This document shows positions 44,876-54,708 of a stretch of 64,000 bases of DNA, one piece after another (position 1 is the stretch's first letter; the number at the start of each line of letters is the position of its first letter). Under the pieces are notes generated by a model that ran no database searches, was not told the DNA's origin, and saw only the letters and a list, made by a program, of their open reading frames with translations. The DNA comes from Trypanosoma brucei (Eukaryota), in assembly GCA_000002445.1 (NCBI GenBank), contig AL929603.2, positions 384,001 through 448,000 of the forward strand, written 5' to 3'. Position numbers and translations under genes: made by a program.

Positions 44876-46357
44876 ATGTCTACACGTAGCGGTAAGCAGG
44901 CATCGATGTGTGGGAAGAAGCGGCTGAAGTCGGTGAGCGACATTATCAACGAACAGTTTAGTGGGAATGGTGCTGAGAGGAATGATATGGACGCGTGGGA
45001 TGAGCTGGGTGGCGACAAGCCGCAGATTGACGACTATTACGAGGGAAATGACAGCGGTAATGAGGGAGCGGATGACTTTGATGGAATGCCCCCACTATCA
45101 ACTACCAAGCGCCGTCGCACAGAACACAAACTTCCACAACGAAAAGAAGAAAAACGCCTTCGTCGGCGCGGTCCGTTAGATCCATCACTCTCTGCGGGAG
45201 ATTACGCCGCCACTCCGGTCGACGTGGAGGCAGCAATGGACGGGATATTTGGAGCACTCGAAATGGGCGAGGACGATGAGGAGGACATATCGGGTGAAGG
45301 CGATGCCAAAGGTTCAAAAAGGGGGGGAGGACGCAAGTACGAGACGGAGGAGCAATACGTCAAGTGGCTGGAGGCGCAGCAGGCGAAAAAATTATCGAAG
45401 CGTCCTGATTCTGGTCTTACAGAGGAAGATGATATTCTACAACAGTTGGAATCGTTGCGCAGTGCGCAGGTGGAGTTGCTACATAAGCAGGAATCAGGCG
45501 ATACCTCTAACCCGCAGGCAAGAGAGCGGGAGCAAGTACAAAAGGCCATTCACCACTATGTGATGGTGTACTCGCAGTTGCTTAGGATGCGTATAAAGCT
45601 TCAACCCGTGGTCGCGCGCGCAGTTACCTTCCCGCAATATTATGCACTGAAAGACTTTCTTCAAAATGGTGATGAAACAATAAAGAAAGAGACGAAGGTA
45701 GTTACAGGCTCCCTCAAGGAACTCCTCGGCACCTTTCTTTCCTTGGCAGCAGGGGGAAAGAAGGGGGAGGACAACGGCAAACCCACGACTCGAGGCACTG
45801 TGCCCAGTTTTAAGGAGGTTAACGTAATTCACAAACGTTTTATAGCTGGGGCCGATGCGTGCATTGAGCACTGGGGGGCCAAATTTGTGCAATCAAATAG
45901 TGCTAAACTTCACACCGTTTCACAGCCACTCATACAACAAATTCGCACTATACTATCCAGTAGGGCACCTCTGCGTGCGAGGGTACAGAAAAACAGGGCA
46001 CATGTGACAATACTGGGGCACCCGGAGCATTACCGTGCCACACAGTCCGGAGAACACAAGGCGGCCCGTGCCCTCCACATTGCCGATGGGGATATTGATG
46101 GCGAAATATATGATGATGGTGAGTTTCTCCGTGAAGTGGTTCGCCGTGGTGGTGCTGTAAAATTGCAGCAGCAACTTCAAGAAATACAGCGTGAGCTGCA
46201 GTCCAGTGAGGAACCAGCGAAGCGTGGCTTTCATAGGTTGACTAAAGGTAAGGCAGTTAATTACGAACCGCGGCCCAAGTTGGTTGGTTTCCTTCTACCT
46301 GTGCCGTTCGCAGTGAATGGGCAGCATGAGGTGTTGTTCAAGTCTTTATTCCAATAA
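44876..46357 (+). CDS. AATF/Che-1/Bfr2-like nucleolar protein (TRAUB domain)
   Basis: Acidic N-terminal half. The central block matches the AATF leucine-zipper region: IHHYVMVYSQLLRMRIKLQPVV. The C-terminal motif GEIYDDGEFLREVV...HRLTKGKAVNYEPRPKLVGFLLPVP matches the AATF/TRAUB domain. Confidence 0.6.
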   Translation: MSTRSGKQASMCGKKRLKSVSDIINEQFSGNGAERNDMDAWDELGGDKPQIDDYYEGNDSGNEGADDFDGMPPLSTTKRRRTEHKLPQRKEEKRLRRRGPLDPSLSAGDYAATPVDVEAAMDGIFGALEMGEDDEEDISGEGDAKGSKRGGGRKYETEEQYVKWLEAQQAKKLSKRPDSGLTEEDDILQQLESLRSAQVELLHKQESGDTSNPQAREREQVQKAIHHYVMVYSQLLRMRIKLQPVVARAVTFPQYYALKDFLQNGDETIKKETKVVTGSLKELLGTFLSLAAGGKKGEDNGKPTTRGTVPSFKEVNVIHKRFIAGADACIEHWGAKFVQSNSAKLHTVSQPLIQQIRTILSSRAPLRARVQKNRAHVTILGHPEHYRATQSGEHKAARALHIADGDIDGEIYDDGEFLREVVRRGGAVKLQQQLQEIQRELQSSEEPAKRGFHRLTKGKAVNYEPRPKLVGFLLPVPFAVNGQHEVLFKSLFQ

Positions 46358-46680
46358 AGCAGTGACGGCACGACTGTTTAAGGTAGAGCCGAGCGAATAC
46401 GCGTCGCAACCGCACGGAACCGGGACGAGGTTACTAAGATTTAGCATGATACGGGATGATTACCAAAAGAAGAAAAGAAAAAAGGGTATCTAGTGAAGGA
46501 GGGAAGTGAGCCGTCATATGGAAATATCTTTGAAACTATAAAATTAATTCGGTTAAGGCACATCTAACAACATGCACCTTCTCTCTGATTGTGCGTTAGG
46601 CTGGGGGACGAATGACGGAAGGTGCGTGCTTGTTAATCGTTACTCAATGAGCTTGTGAAGGGAGAGGTAATGTGTATTCG

Positions 46681-46702
46681 CGTTGTGTGTGTGTGTGTGT
46701 GT
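46681..46702. repeat. (GT)9 microsatellite
   Basis: Direct reading: cgttgtgtgtgtgtgtgtgtgtttg. Confidence 0.85.
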
Positions 46703-46942
46703 TTGACAAATTCCTGTTTCCTTGGTTTTGTAAAAAAAGAAAAAAACTTTTAAAGTACGATGTGAGGCGCTTCTGACGTTTATCTTCTTTTCGTGGAACA
46801 CAACAATAGACCCTAAAACAATTGAAGCGTCATACAGCAGCAGCCGTTTCAACAGGAAGAAAAAGAGCAGCCCAGCACTTAACGAAGAAAGTTGCGGACA
46901 TCGCTAATTTGTTAACTTATCTTTTTTTTTTTGAAGTCCTCT

Positions 46943-49900
46943 ATGGAGAAACAGCTCTTCGCCATCTTAAGCAGTGGTAGTAGAAAAGGTGGGAGTGCGG
47001 GGGAGAGACGGCAAGCCTTTTCTACGGCATTTGAAGCTTCATTATTTTCCACCACGTACAATGAACCTGCTAGCGCGAAAAAGGGGTCAAAGCGCCCCAA
47101 AGCCACAGACAAGGAAACCCGTGAAGATGAGTGTCTACGGCATGCTGTGAACTCATTTTTTACTATGCCGACACCGGGGCCACTAGAAACATTCTTTTTG
47201 CGAGCTGCAGCGATGCTTCACTCCTACACGCTGCTGCTTCCCGAAAAGGACGGAGAAGCAGGGGAGTTACCCGGTGTTGTAAAAGAGGCAGCTATCGCAT
47301 TTTCCAGCGCAATATTCGCGCCACGGTTGCGTGCTGCGTGCGAAAGCCTTAAAGTCGAGGAAAAATGTTCTGCTTGGGTGTCAACAAATAATTGTGGCGC
47401 GGGTGCAGAGGCATTGAATCATCCTCTTTGGCACTGTTTTTTGTGTATATTTCTACAACAACTTTCAGCACGGGGTGGTAGCATTGCTTCTTGGCGGAAA
47501 TTCATCTCCGATTGCGCAGATGGGTCACATGCATCGGCGCATCCACAAGAAGGTGATTGTGGCCGCGACGAAAGTGAGGAAGACAAGGGAAGTAGCACCA
47601 ACATCACCTGTGAAGATGAGTGCACACGCCTTGCTGTAGCTGCGTGGGGAGCTGTCTCCCTAAAACTACTTGACGCAACCGTAGGACGCACGCGTTACCG
47701 ACGTACGGCTGTACTTTGTCGCTCTGTTTGCCCGCACATCGTGGCACAGGCCCCCGGTACCACATATCAATTACTTGATATCTTGCATGGATTTATGAGC
47801 GCTTGGAGGGAGCGATACAGCAAGGCATCGTCAAATGGAAGAGAAGGAAAGAAGGAAGATGACGACAACACGGAGGATGAAACGGGGGCCACCATCGTGA
47901 CGCTCTACGCGGAGCGTCTTGGTCACATTGTTGGTGACGGTCAAACGCACGCCATGCTTCTTGTCACTGCCATTGGTGCTGTACTCAGTGCAACATATGT
48001 CCTTCCGAAGCGCCAAAGACACGGAACTGTGGGGAGTGGCGATCCCTCGAAGTGGTATCCGCCGCGCTGCGAAGACCCCTCGTTAGGGCTTACGGAAAGC
48101 GAATGGCGTGCAACACACTTTCCCCCTATTGGCCGGTTGTTGCAATGCTTACACATTCATTCACTACTGAGTGTTCACGTTTTTGCATTCTGTATGCAAC
48201 TACGGATCGGCCTATCCTCTTCGCAACACGCGGAAGTCCGACAAAGGTTGGCACTGTGCTTCTACCTGACAGAGGTCTGTCCGGTCCATGTCGCACTCGC
48301 TATTTATTACTATGCCACTTCTCCTCAGAATGCACTCGCGCAAGGCTCTGGAGAGTTGCCAGGGGATGGACTGATGGCGTACACAAAGGCCCTTGACCAC
48401 TTCGTGACTGCGGCTCATAGTGAGTTGCTATTCTCCGTAACAGATTTACCAACCGGGCGTCGACGGCAACGTCACAACACGCGTGCTGCATCCGGTACAA
48501 AGGACGGCGGCCCTGATGATGATGATGATGATGAACCCACAGCAGTAGATGGTGAGTTGAAGGGCCCACGCTTCACAAAGATGGAATTCCCCGTGAGCTG
48601 CCCGACGTGGTCTCAGTACTTGACAGAGGGCACTGCAGGGAAGGCAACAAGTGGGCCAGCAGGACCTGCAACGAAACCAGTTGCAGGCACACTGCAGGTG
48701 GCTCCTTGCCGCTTCGTCGTGGAGCTGTTAGAGATTGGGCTGCCAATGCTTTCTGGGGCCACGATACATCTGTTGCAAAACGAAATGGATATGGACGTGT
48801 GCGCGGTGTCAACCGCAGCCATGCCTGCGGAGTGTGGAAGAGGTGTGGCAGCAATCATAATGGATCATTTTCATTCTATTTTTAGCAGGACAAACCCTAG
48901 CACCGCGTGCGTGGGTCCACTCCCAACAGAACGGCATTGGAATACTTCCATGATTCGTGTGCTTGGGGAGTATCTTCCCCTTCTGGAGGCTGTGTACGGC
49001 TACGTCGCGTCACAGTCGTTTATATCCTTTGTGCTAGAGCAGATCACGAAGGGATGTAAGGATTTCTTGTCAGCAGTTTTGGACCGACATAGCTGTAGCA
49101 CAGACGAAAGTAAACAAAGTGTGCAAGCACTGGCGAGAAAAGCATTAGCCTTGGCAGAGCGTTATCTCATTACAGTTGTCATGCCCTGTATGCGGGTGAT
49201 GTCACCCTCACCAATCGTATACGACCGACTGCAAGCGCTGTTTAATCTCTTCAAAGAGGAAGCCCCGAAAGTAAGTTTTGGTACCAGTCCAGCGGAGTTC
49301 CTGCACACAAGCGTATTCTGCAGCGCATTGCTTGCCACTGGGGTTTCCAACGACACACTTTCTTACCGCGCCCCGCACGAGAGGTTACGGTCAAAAGAAC
49401 TCGATGCACTTTTTACACAGTCACTGAAACGACTCACTCTTGGAAACGTTAACCGCTACCGCTGTATGCTGCGGCCCTCCATATATGCCAACCCGTTGCT
49501 AGCTGCTGAAAAGATGTTTAAGCAAGCTGTGGGGTACAATAACAACTTTTTACTGATTCACACGCAACTGCTGCGCGGCGCTCCTCCAGCTGTAATGACT
49601 CTCATCGCACACATGGGCCTCCACCACATGCAACACTATGCAGAAAATGAAAGATTTGGTACTGCCGATAGCACTCGTGTTTCTTGCATTGCGACGTTCC
49701 TCGCTGTGCTATGGCGGGAAAATCCAAACTCCTTTGACGGTGGGCTGCTTTTGCGGGCGGCAGAACACTCACTAAGACGTGAGGGGCGTGCATCCGTTGT
49801 TTTCGGTCTTGAGTTGCTGCGTGCTATCTTACATGAATTACTAGATACAAAATTGGAGCATGAGGGGAAGTTTACCCCAGAGCAACTGCAGGCGCTCGTC

Positions 49901-52303
49901 GCCCCTCATCGCACGCAGTGGTTTGTAAAGGGTGCGGCAGAGTCGTTTCGATGCGGCCGGTGGGACTCAACGTTTACACCAGTGGTGTTATCTGCTTCGG
50001 AAGCGAATCTGCGGAGTGCGCTGCAGCAACGTTGTATTATTCCGGCGGAGAAGGAAAGCAGTGACGACGATGCCGCTGCGGCCAATTGTGGAGACGGAAC
50101 GACGTGTAACGATAACGAAGAAAAGAAGGAGGAAGAAGTCGCACACAACAACACAACTGAGGATCAACAGTGTGGAGGTAGTTGGTCGTCGGTGGTGGAG
50201 GTCACGTTAGGGCAAGCCATCTTGCTGCACTTGTGTCGGCTACACAGCCGCATATATGCCGTACAGTCGGATCTCTCTGCACCGATGCAGCTTCTATTGC
50301 TTACCTGTGCCCGTGATTATAATGTAATCAATGACCTCCTTCTTTGTATGGAGACTTTGCTGACACAAGGCCCACCGCCAAAAGAGATTTACATGGTTGC
50401 AATGCCACACATTGCGCTTCGCCTCACTGCCCGCTTTGCAGCGAATGGAATAGTACGGCAAAGGCCGGAACAAAAGCATAACGGGCACTTGGCAGCAACT
50501 GAACCTTCTCATTGTGAGGGTGACGCCAATAACCATCATCTATGCGCCACTGTGGAAAGCATTTTCACTGTGATGCCGGCTGAGATTGGTGATCATATGG
50601 GAGACATGGCGTCCCTATGTAATATGGGTGGAAATATCTCCTTTGCACTCCTACAGAAGCTATCGTGCTACACTGCTGCGCACTTTGTATTCGAAGAGTC
50701 TGTGTACGTTGCGGCAGGAAAGGAACTTAACCGTTTTTACGTGATCGGTAACAAAAAGCAGAAGAACAGAGACGACGTACCTAACACTGGTGTGAACGTG
50801 CAGAAGGAATGCTTCCTGTTGTGGATGCAGGAACAGACCCGACAACTAAGGTATGAGAGGGAGTCACACCGCACCTTATATCAGAGGAGTGCCGAATCTT
50901 TGGGACAGCTCCTTGACGAATTGCGAAGCGGTGGTGTACTTACTGAGCCTGTTGAATTTGCGAAAGCCTATCTTTTGCCGCGTGCACTGATTAGTCTGGA
51001 GGACACGTTATTTGTATTTCACTTCCTCAGCTGGATGCTGAACAGCACTGAGGGTGATGAGCGGAACCGGGTCATAGACATTGCGCTTTCGCTCGTAACG
51101 GCGGGTATGAGCTTCTTTGTGGGGCTTACCGATGGGGAGTGCATGCGCTTAGGTGTTCTGCTAAGTTTTCTTCTCACACTTGTAGAAGACTGTGCGATAG
51201 ACCTCTCAGGTAACACGGGAGCTTCTGATAGTGACGAGGGCACCGGTGGTGGTAGCGCTGCGGATGGTGCAGCTTCAACATATCAACCACCTGGTATTAC
51301 CGCTGAGGCACTGAGAGCTCATTTGGATCCCGAAGCGCGGACTTTTCTAAACGTTCTTTCAGCAAGGGTCCAGGAGGAAGACGAGAAGGGGGATGAGGAG
51401 GCCGACAATCAGGTGCAGGAGGGTCCAACAGCTCCTTCCTACAGCAAGGTAGCGGCATATCCTCTGCAGCTGGAAGCGTATCTCTGTCGTGCTTTGGTGC
51501 AGGTGCTTGTGCACCAGTGGGACGTTCAGTACCTTCACCGTAACGCCTTTATTGTTCTTGAACACCTTACAAAAGGTAAGCATCGGTTCCCGTCCACGCT
51601 GTGCGCAGCGGACTGGCTTATTACCGTCGTTTCGCTACATGCAGTGAAAAGCTCGTCGTCATACGCCTCAGCAACGGCAGTGCTCCAAGCGCTCAAGGAG
51701 AACCGCCAACGACGTTGTGAGTTGGTGGAGAGAAGGAAGAGCGCGGGAAACTCGGTGAAGAAGACGAACAGATGGCTGAAGCTACTGAAGGACAGAGAGG
51801 AATTCATGCAACTGTTGTTGGCTCCGGATATGGCAGCAGCTGAAAAGAAGATCTGCGAGAGGGAAGCTGTCATCGCTAGCAGTGTGGCACTGGCCGACGC
51901 TGAGGGTGACGAGGAAGGGGCGGTTGCGGTTGAGGAAGGCGCAGTGAATGATAATGTGGAAAAGAATGAAGAACCAAACGAATCGGAGGGAGCTGAGGAT
52001 TTAGATGATAACAGTGATGCCGCGGACGATGCGCACAGCTCCGTTACCGGAGACAGGAGGGGAAGCAGTGGAGGTGAGTCAAGTTTCGAGGAGGAGGAGG
52101 AGGGGGAGGATGAAGAAAGGAGTCCATCAGCATCTGCATCTCATGGAGACCCAAACCATGGCTCTATAACGGATGGCAAGGGCCGCAACTCAACTTCTCC
52201 TCCACCGGAAGAGCCTGAAGCAAATGAGGTAGCAAATGCGAAATCACGAAAGAGACCCCGAGAGGGCAGCGTGGAGCGCACCGGTGGCGAAGAGGAGACG
52301 TGA
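46943..52303 (+). CDS. Very large conserved hypothetical protein (about 1786 aa) with acidic C-terminal tail
   Basis: Continuous 5.4-kb ORF with coding composition. No recognisable catalytic motif. Internal poly-Asp (DDDDDDE) and a C-terminal Glu/Asp-rich region. The track start is a TTG at 46931; the first ATG is 46943. Confidence 0.55.
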   Translation: MEKQLFAILSSGSRKGGSAGERRQAFSTAFEASLFSTTYNEPASAKKGSKRPKATDKETREDECLRHAVNSFFTMPTPGPLETFFLRAAAMLHSYTLLLPEKDGEAGELPGVVKEAAIAFSSAIFAPRLRAACESLKVEEKCSAWVSTNNCGAGAEALNHPLWHCFLCIFLQQLSARGGSIASWRKFISDCADGSHASAHPQEGDCGRDESEEDKGSSTNITCEDECTRLAVAAWGAVSLKLLDATVGRTRYRRTAVLCRSVCPHIVAQAPGTTYQLLDILHGFMSAWRERYSKASSNGREGKKEDDDNTEDETGATIVTLYAERLGHIVGDGQTHAMLLVTAIGAVLSATYVLPKRQRHGTVGSGDPSKWYPPRCEDPSLGLTESEWRATHFPPIGRLLQCLHIHSLLSVHVFAFCMQLRIGLSSSQHAEVRQRLALCFYLTEVCPVHVALAIYYYATSPQNALAQGSGELPGDGLMAYTKALDHFVTAAHSELLFSVTDLPTGRRRQRHNTRAASGTKDGGPDDDDDDEPTAVDGELKGPRFTKMEFPVSCPTWSQYLTEGTAGKATSGPAGPATKPVAGTLQVAPCRFVVELLEIGLPMLSGATIHLLQNEMDMDVCAVSTAAMPAECGRGVAAIIMDHFHSIFSRTNPSTACVGPLPTERHWNTSMIRVLGEYLPLLEAVYGYVASQSFISFVLEQITKGCKDFLSAVLDRHSCSTDESKQSVQALARKALALAERYLITVVMPCMRVMSPSPIVYDRLQALFNLFKEEAPKVSFGTSPAEFLHTSVFCSALLATGVSNDTLSYRAPHERLRSKELDALFTQSLKRLTLGNVNRYRCMLRPSIYANPLLAAEKMFKQAVGYNNNFLLIHTQLLRGAPPAVMTLIAHMGLHHMQHYAENERFGTADSTRVSCIATFLAVLWRENPNSFDGGLLLRAAEHSLRREGRASVVFGLELLRAILHELLDTKLEHEGKFTPEQLQALVAPHRTQWFVKGAAESFRCGRWDSTFTPVVLSASEANLRSALQQRCIIPAEKESSDDDAAAANCGDGTTCNDNEEKKEEEVAHNNTTEDQQCGGSWSSVVEVTLGQAILLHLCRLHSRIYAVQSDLSAPMQLLLLTCARDYNVINDLLLCMETLLTQGPPPKEIYMVAMPHIALRLTARFAANGIVRQRPEQKHNGHLAATEPSHCEGDANNHHLCATVESIFTVMPAEIGDHMGDMASLCNMGGNISFALLQKLSCYTAAHFVFEESVYVAAGKELNRFYVIGNKKQKNRDDVPNTGVNVQKECFLLWMQEQTRQLRYERESHRTLYQRSAESLGQLLDELRSGGVLTEPVEFAKAYLLPRALISLEDTLFVFHFLSWMLNSTEGDERNRVIDIALSLVTAGMSFFVGLTDGECMRLGVLLSFLLTLVEDCAIDLSGNTGASDSDEGTGGGSAADGAASTYQPPGITAEALRAHLDPEARTFLNVLSARVQEEDEKGDEEADNQVQEGPTAPSYSKVAAYPLQLEAYLCRALVQVLVHQWDVQYLHRNAFIVLEHLTKGKHRFPSTLCAADWLITVVSLHAVKSSSSYASATAVLQALKENRQRRCELVERRKSAGNSVKKTNRWLKLLKDREEFMQLLLAPDMAAAEKKICEREAVIASSVALADAEGDEEGAVAVEEGAVNDNVEKNEEPNESEGAEDLDDNSDAADDAHSSVTGDRRGSSGGESSFEEEEEGEDEERSPSASASHGDPNHGSITDGKGRNSTSPPPEEPEANEVANAKSRKRPREGSVERTGGEEET

Positions 52304-52939
52304 GGAGAGGTTTTTGTGGTGTTGGGATAAAGGGGGAAAGGCGATCCATGAGGAAGGCGACTGTAAGAGTTGTCAGGTCCTTTAACGTTGCAGTGTTTGC
52401 ATTGCTGCAGTTATTCCCGCTTTTGAGTCTCAGTAACAAGGAATGGAGCGGGAAAGGGTTCTGGTGAAACCAGCAACAGGGGTAATGCGAATTTTCTAAT
52501 ACGAGAACTAACGGCTCCACGTTGTGCCCATTTCGTGGTGAAATTTATGAGGAAAAATTATACATTTCCAGGGTACCTTTAACGCCGGCGCTAAAATGAG
52601 TCTCTTTTTTTTTTTGGTGTGTAATTGAACGGGAACTTGTGAATGAATATCCGCAGTTGAAGGGGGTGGTTGCGTCAAAGTGCTTAATGGGCTTGTCACC
52701 ACCATCACCCCTTATTTTCCCCCTCCCTCCCCCCCTTTTCCGCACCAACCGAAAAGCAGTTGAAACACAACTGAAGGCACGCATAGGGTGAGAAGAGGGA
52801 AAGTTAAATTGCTCAGCCGCACCGAAGAGCTGTTAGGAAAAGGGAGGTATTTAGCAAGCAGCGATATATTGATATGTGTGACCTATTTTCATCGTCTTCT
52901 GTTTTCTCCTTTTGCTCTTCGGCTTTTGAGAGGTTTAGT

Positions 52940-54166
52940 ATGCAAGCTACACTGGGGTTTGCCTTCCCCCATCCGCAACGAAAACAGCAGGTCTATGAAA
53001 TCTCCATAACCGTGTTTGTGCCAGCACCGGAGACACGACCCCGCACAGTGGCCAATTTCTATTATATGTGCACAGGGGAGCTTCCTCCCACGTATCCCAC
53101 GTATGGAGCGGTCGTTGGTAACAATAACACAGTTTGTGGTGCCCTTCCATCACTGGAGGCTATAAAATCAAATGCTAGTTTGAAACCGTTCGAGGGGAGT
53201 GCGGTGGTACGCATCGAAAAGGGTGTTGTTCTAGAAATTGGAAGCAGCACAACAAAAACAATATTCGGTGGTTTTACAGAAGATGAGTCGTCCCCTTTGG
53301 CGAAAGAGTCAGCGTCAGTGGGCGCAAGTAAAGCAGCGGCTGGGCGACAGTCAGTAAGCGCTTCAATGCAGGAGCTGCGAGCGGGGACGCTTCTCATCGG
53401 AAACATGGGGATACCCAATTCCAATGGTAGCCGCTATTATATCCTCTTACAGGATGCTTCAGTAAATGAAAGGAAGGCAGAGTTCAGTCCATACAAGCCA
53501 CTCGGTTTTGTCATTTCCGGTATGGAGGCACTACAGGCGGCGTGTGCGTCAGTTGCAGTACACCCACGGACACTGGTACCCACGCAAAAGGTGAAGATGT
53601 TGGTATCTGAGGTTCATTTTCGCCGCAGCGTCATGCAACCGGCGGAAGCTATGGCAAAGCAGAGACTTGCGAATATTGCTCCAACGGCCGGTCGTACACG
53701 ATGTCGCGACGAGTTCGAAGGGAGTGAAATTGCAAAGGAAGGACTTGATAGTAACACGAGTGTTTTCTTTGATCATACCCGCAAATTCCCATTGTGGGGC
53801 AACGAATCGCATGGCGGTGCGAATGGTGAGAGCGGCGGCAATCTCCCACAGGCTAAGCGACCACGCACCGAAAGGGTTGTTAGTAATGATGACGGCAGCG
53901 TGTCACTGCGTAAAACGGCGGTAGAGGGCCCAGCGGGCGAGCCATTTGACTACATGGCAGCGCAGGAGGCGGTGTTCCTCAATGATATAGATCTCATAGC
54001 AGAAACCCAAGCTGTTCGACACCGCCGTCGCGCAAAACGGCAGCAAAAGAAGCGAAAACACGCAGGAAGTGGACAGAGTAAGTCGGCGGGAGCGGACAAT
54101 AGCAAAAAGGGAAAGCATGCTGTGCCCCCTTCAGGTGGAGGAAAGGTTCTGCGAAGGCGATACTAA
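52940..54166 (+). CDS. Cyclophilin-type peptidyl-prolyl isomerase-like protein, probably catalytically degenerate, with basic C-terminal tail
   Basis: VYEISITVFVPAPETRPRTVANFYYMCTGE aligns with cyclophilin VFFDI...TAENFRALCTGE. LLIGNMGIPNSNGSRYYILL aligns with LSMANAGPNTNGSQFFI. The block containing the catalytic Gln/Phe (GFMCQGGDF) is replaced by KGVVLEIGSS. The C-terminus is Lys/Arg-rich. The start is placed at the ATG at 52940 rather than 52874, because the intervening 22 codons are a pyrimidine tract. Confidence 0.6.
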   Translation: MQATLGFAFPHPQRKQQVYEISITVFVPAPETRPRTVANFYYMCTGELPPTYPTYGAVVGNNNTVCGALPSLEAIKSNASLKPFEGSAVVRIEKGVVLEIGSSTTKTIFGGFTEDESSPLAKESASVGASKAAAGRQSVSASMQELRAGTLLIGNMGIPNSNGSRYYILLQDASVNERKAEFSPYKPLGFVISGMEALQAACASVAVHPRTLVPTQKVKMLVSEVHFRRSVMQPAEAMAKQRLANIAPTAGRTRCRDEFEGSEIAKEGLDSNTSVFFDHTRKFPLWGNESHGGANGESGGNLPQAKRPRTERVVSNDDGSVSLRKTAVEGPAGEPFDYMAAQEAVFLNDIDLIAETQAVRHRRRAKRQQKKRKHAGSGQSKSAGADNSKKGKHAVPPSGGGKVLRRRY

Positions 54167-54708
54167 ATGGTACCAGCCGCAGTTTTAGGGAGGCGATAAA
54201 GAAAATGCAAGCAAGAGAAAGAGGTTTATGGGGAAACGTTCCCCTCCTCCTATTTTTTCCCCCTCCATGTACCACGCCCAAGCATAAATGGGTTAAGCTG
54301 ATGCAGCTGCTGCAAATCCAAGATGTTCCATGCCTACTGGATATTTTAATCTCTGGTGGGCTCTGATCGTACCGATGGTTATTTCATATCCCCCTTTTCA
54401 CCCTTCACCACGGTAGGGGTGCCACTTCCTTAACCCACAGCGGTTGTTTAATCACACAAGTGTGTATACCTTTCTTCCTTTTTGTTCAGCACGCGCTTAC
54501 GTTTCTCTTCTGTTTCTGTAAGCCGTTTGGCGCACACTTTTTTTAAAAAAACAAATAGCGGTCACTTTTGGACAAACCGACAGGCCGCTCCTCAGCGTTG
54601 GGCGCTTTATTCCTACGAAAAGATAAGAAGTGAAGAAACGCCTGTACATACGTCCATAGATTAATAACACCGCGGGAAAGAAGGAATATAATAAGCAATT
54701 AAGTTGGT

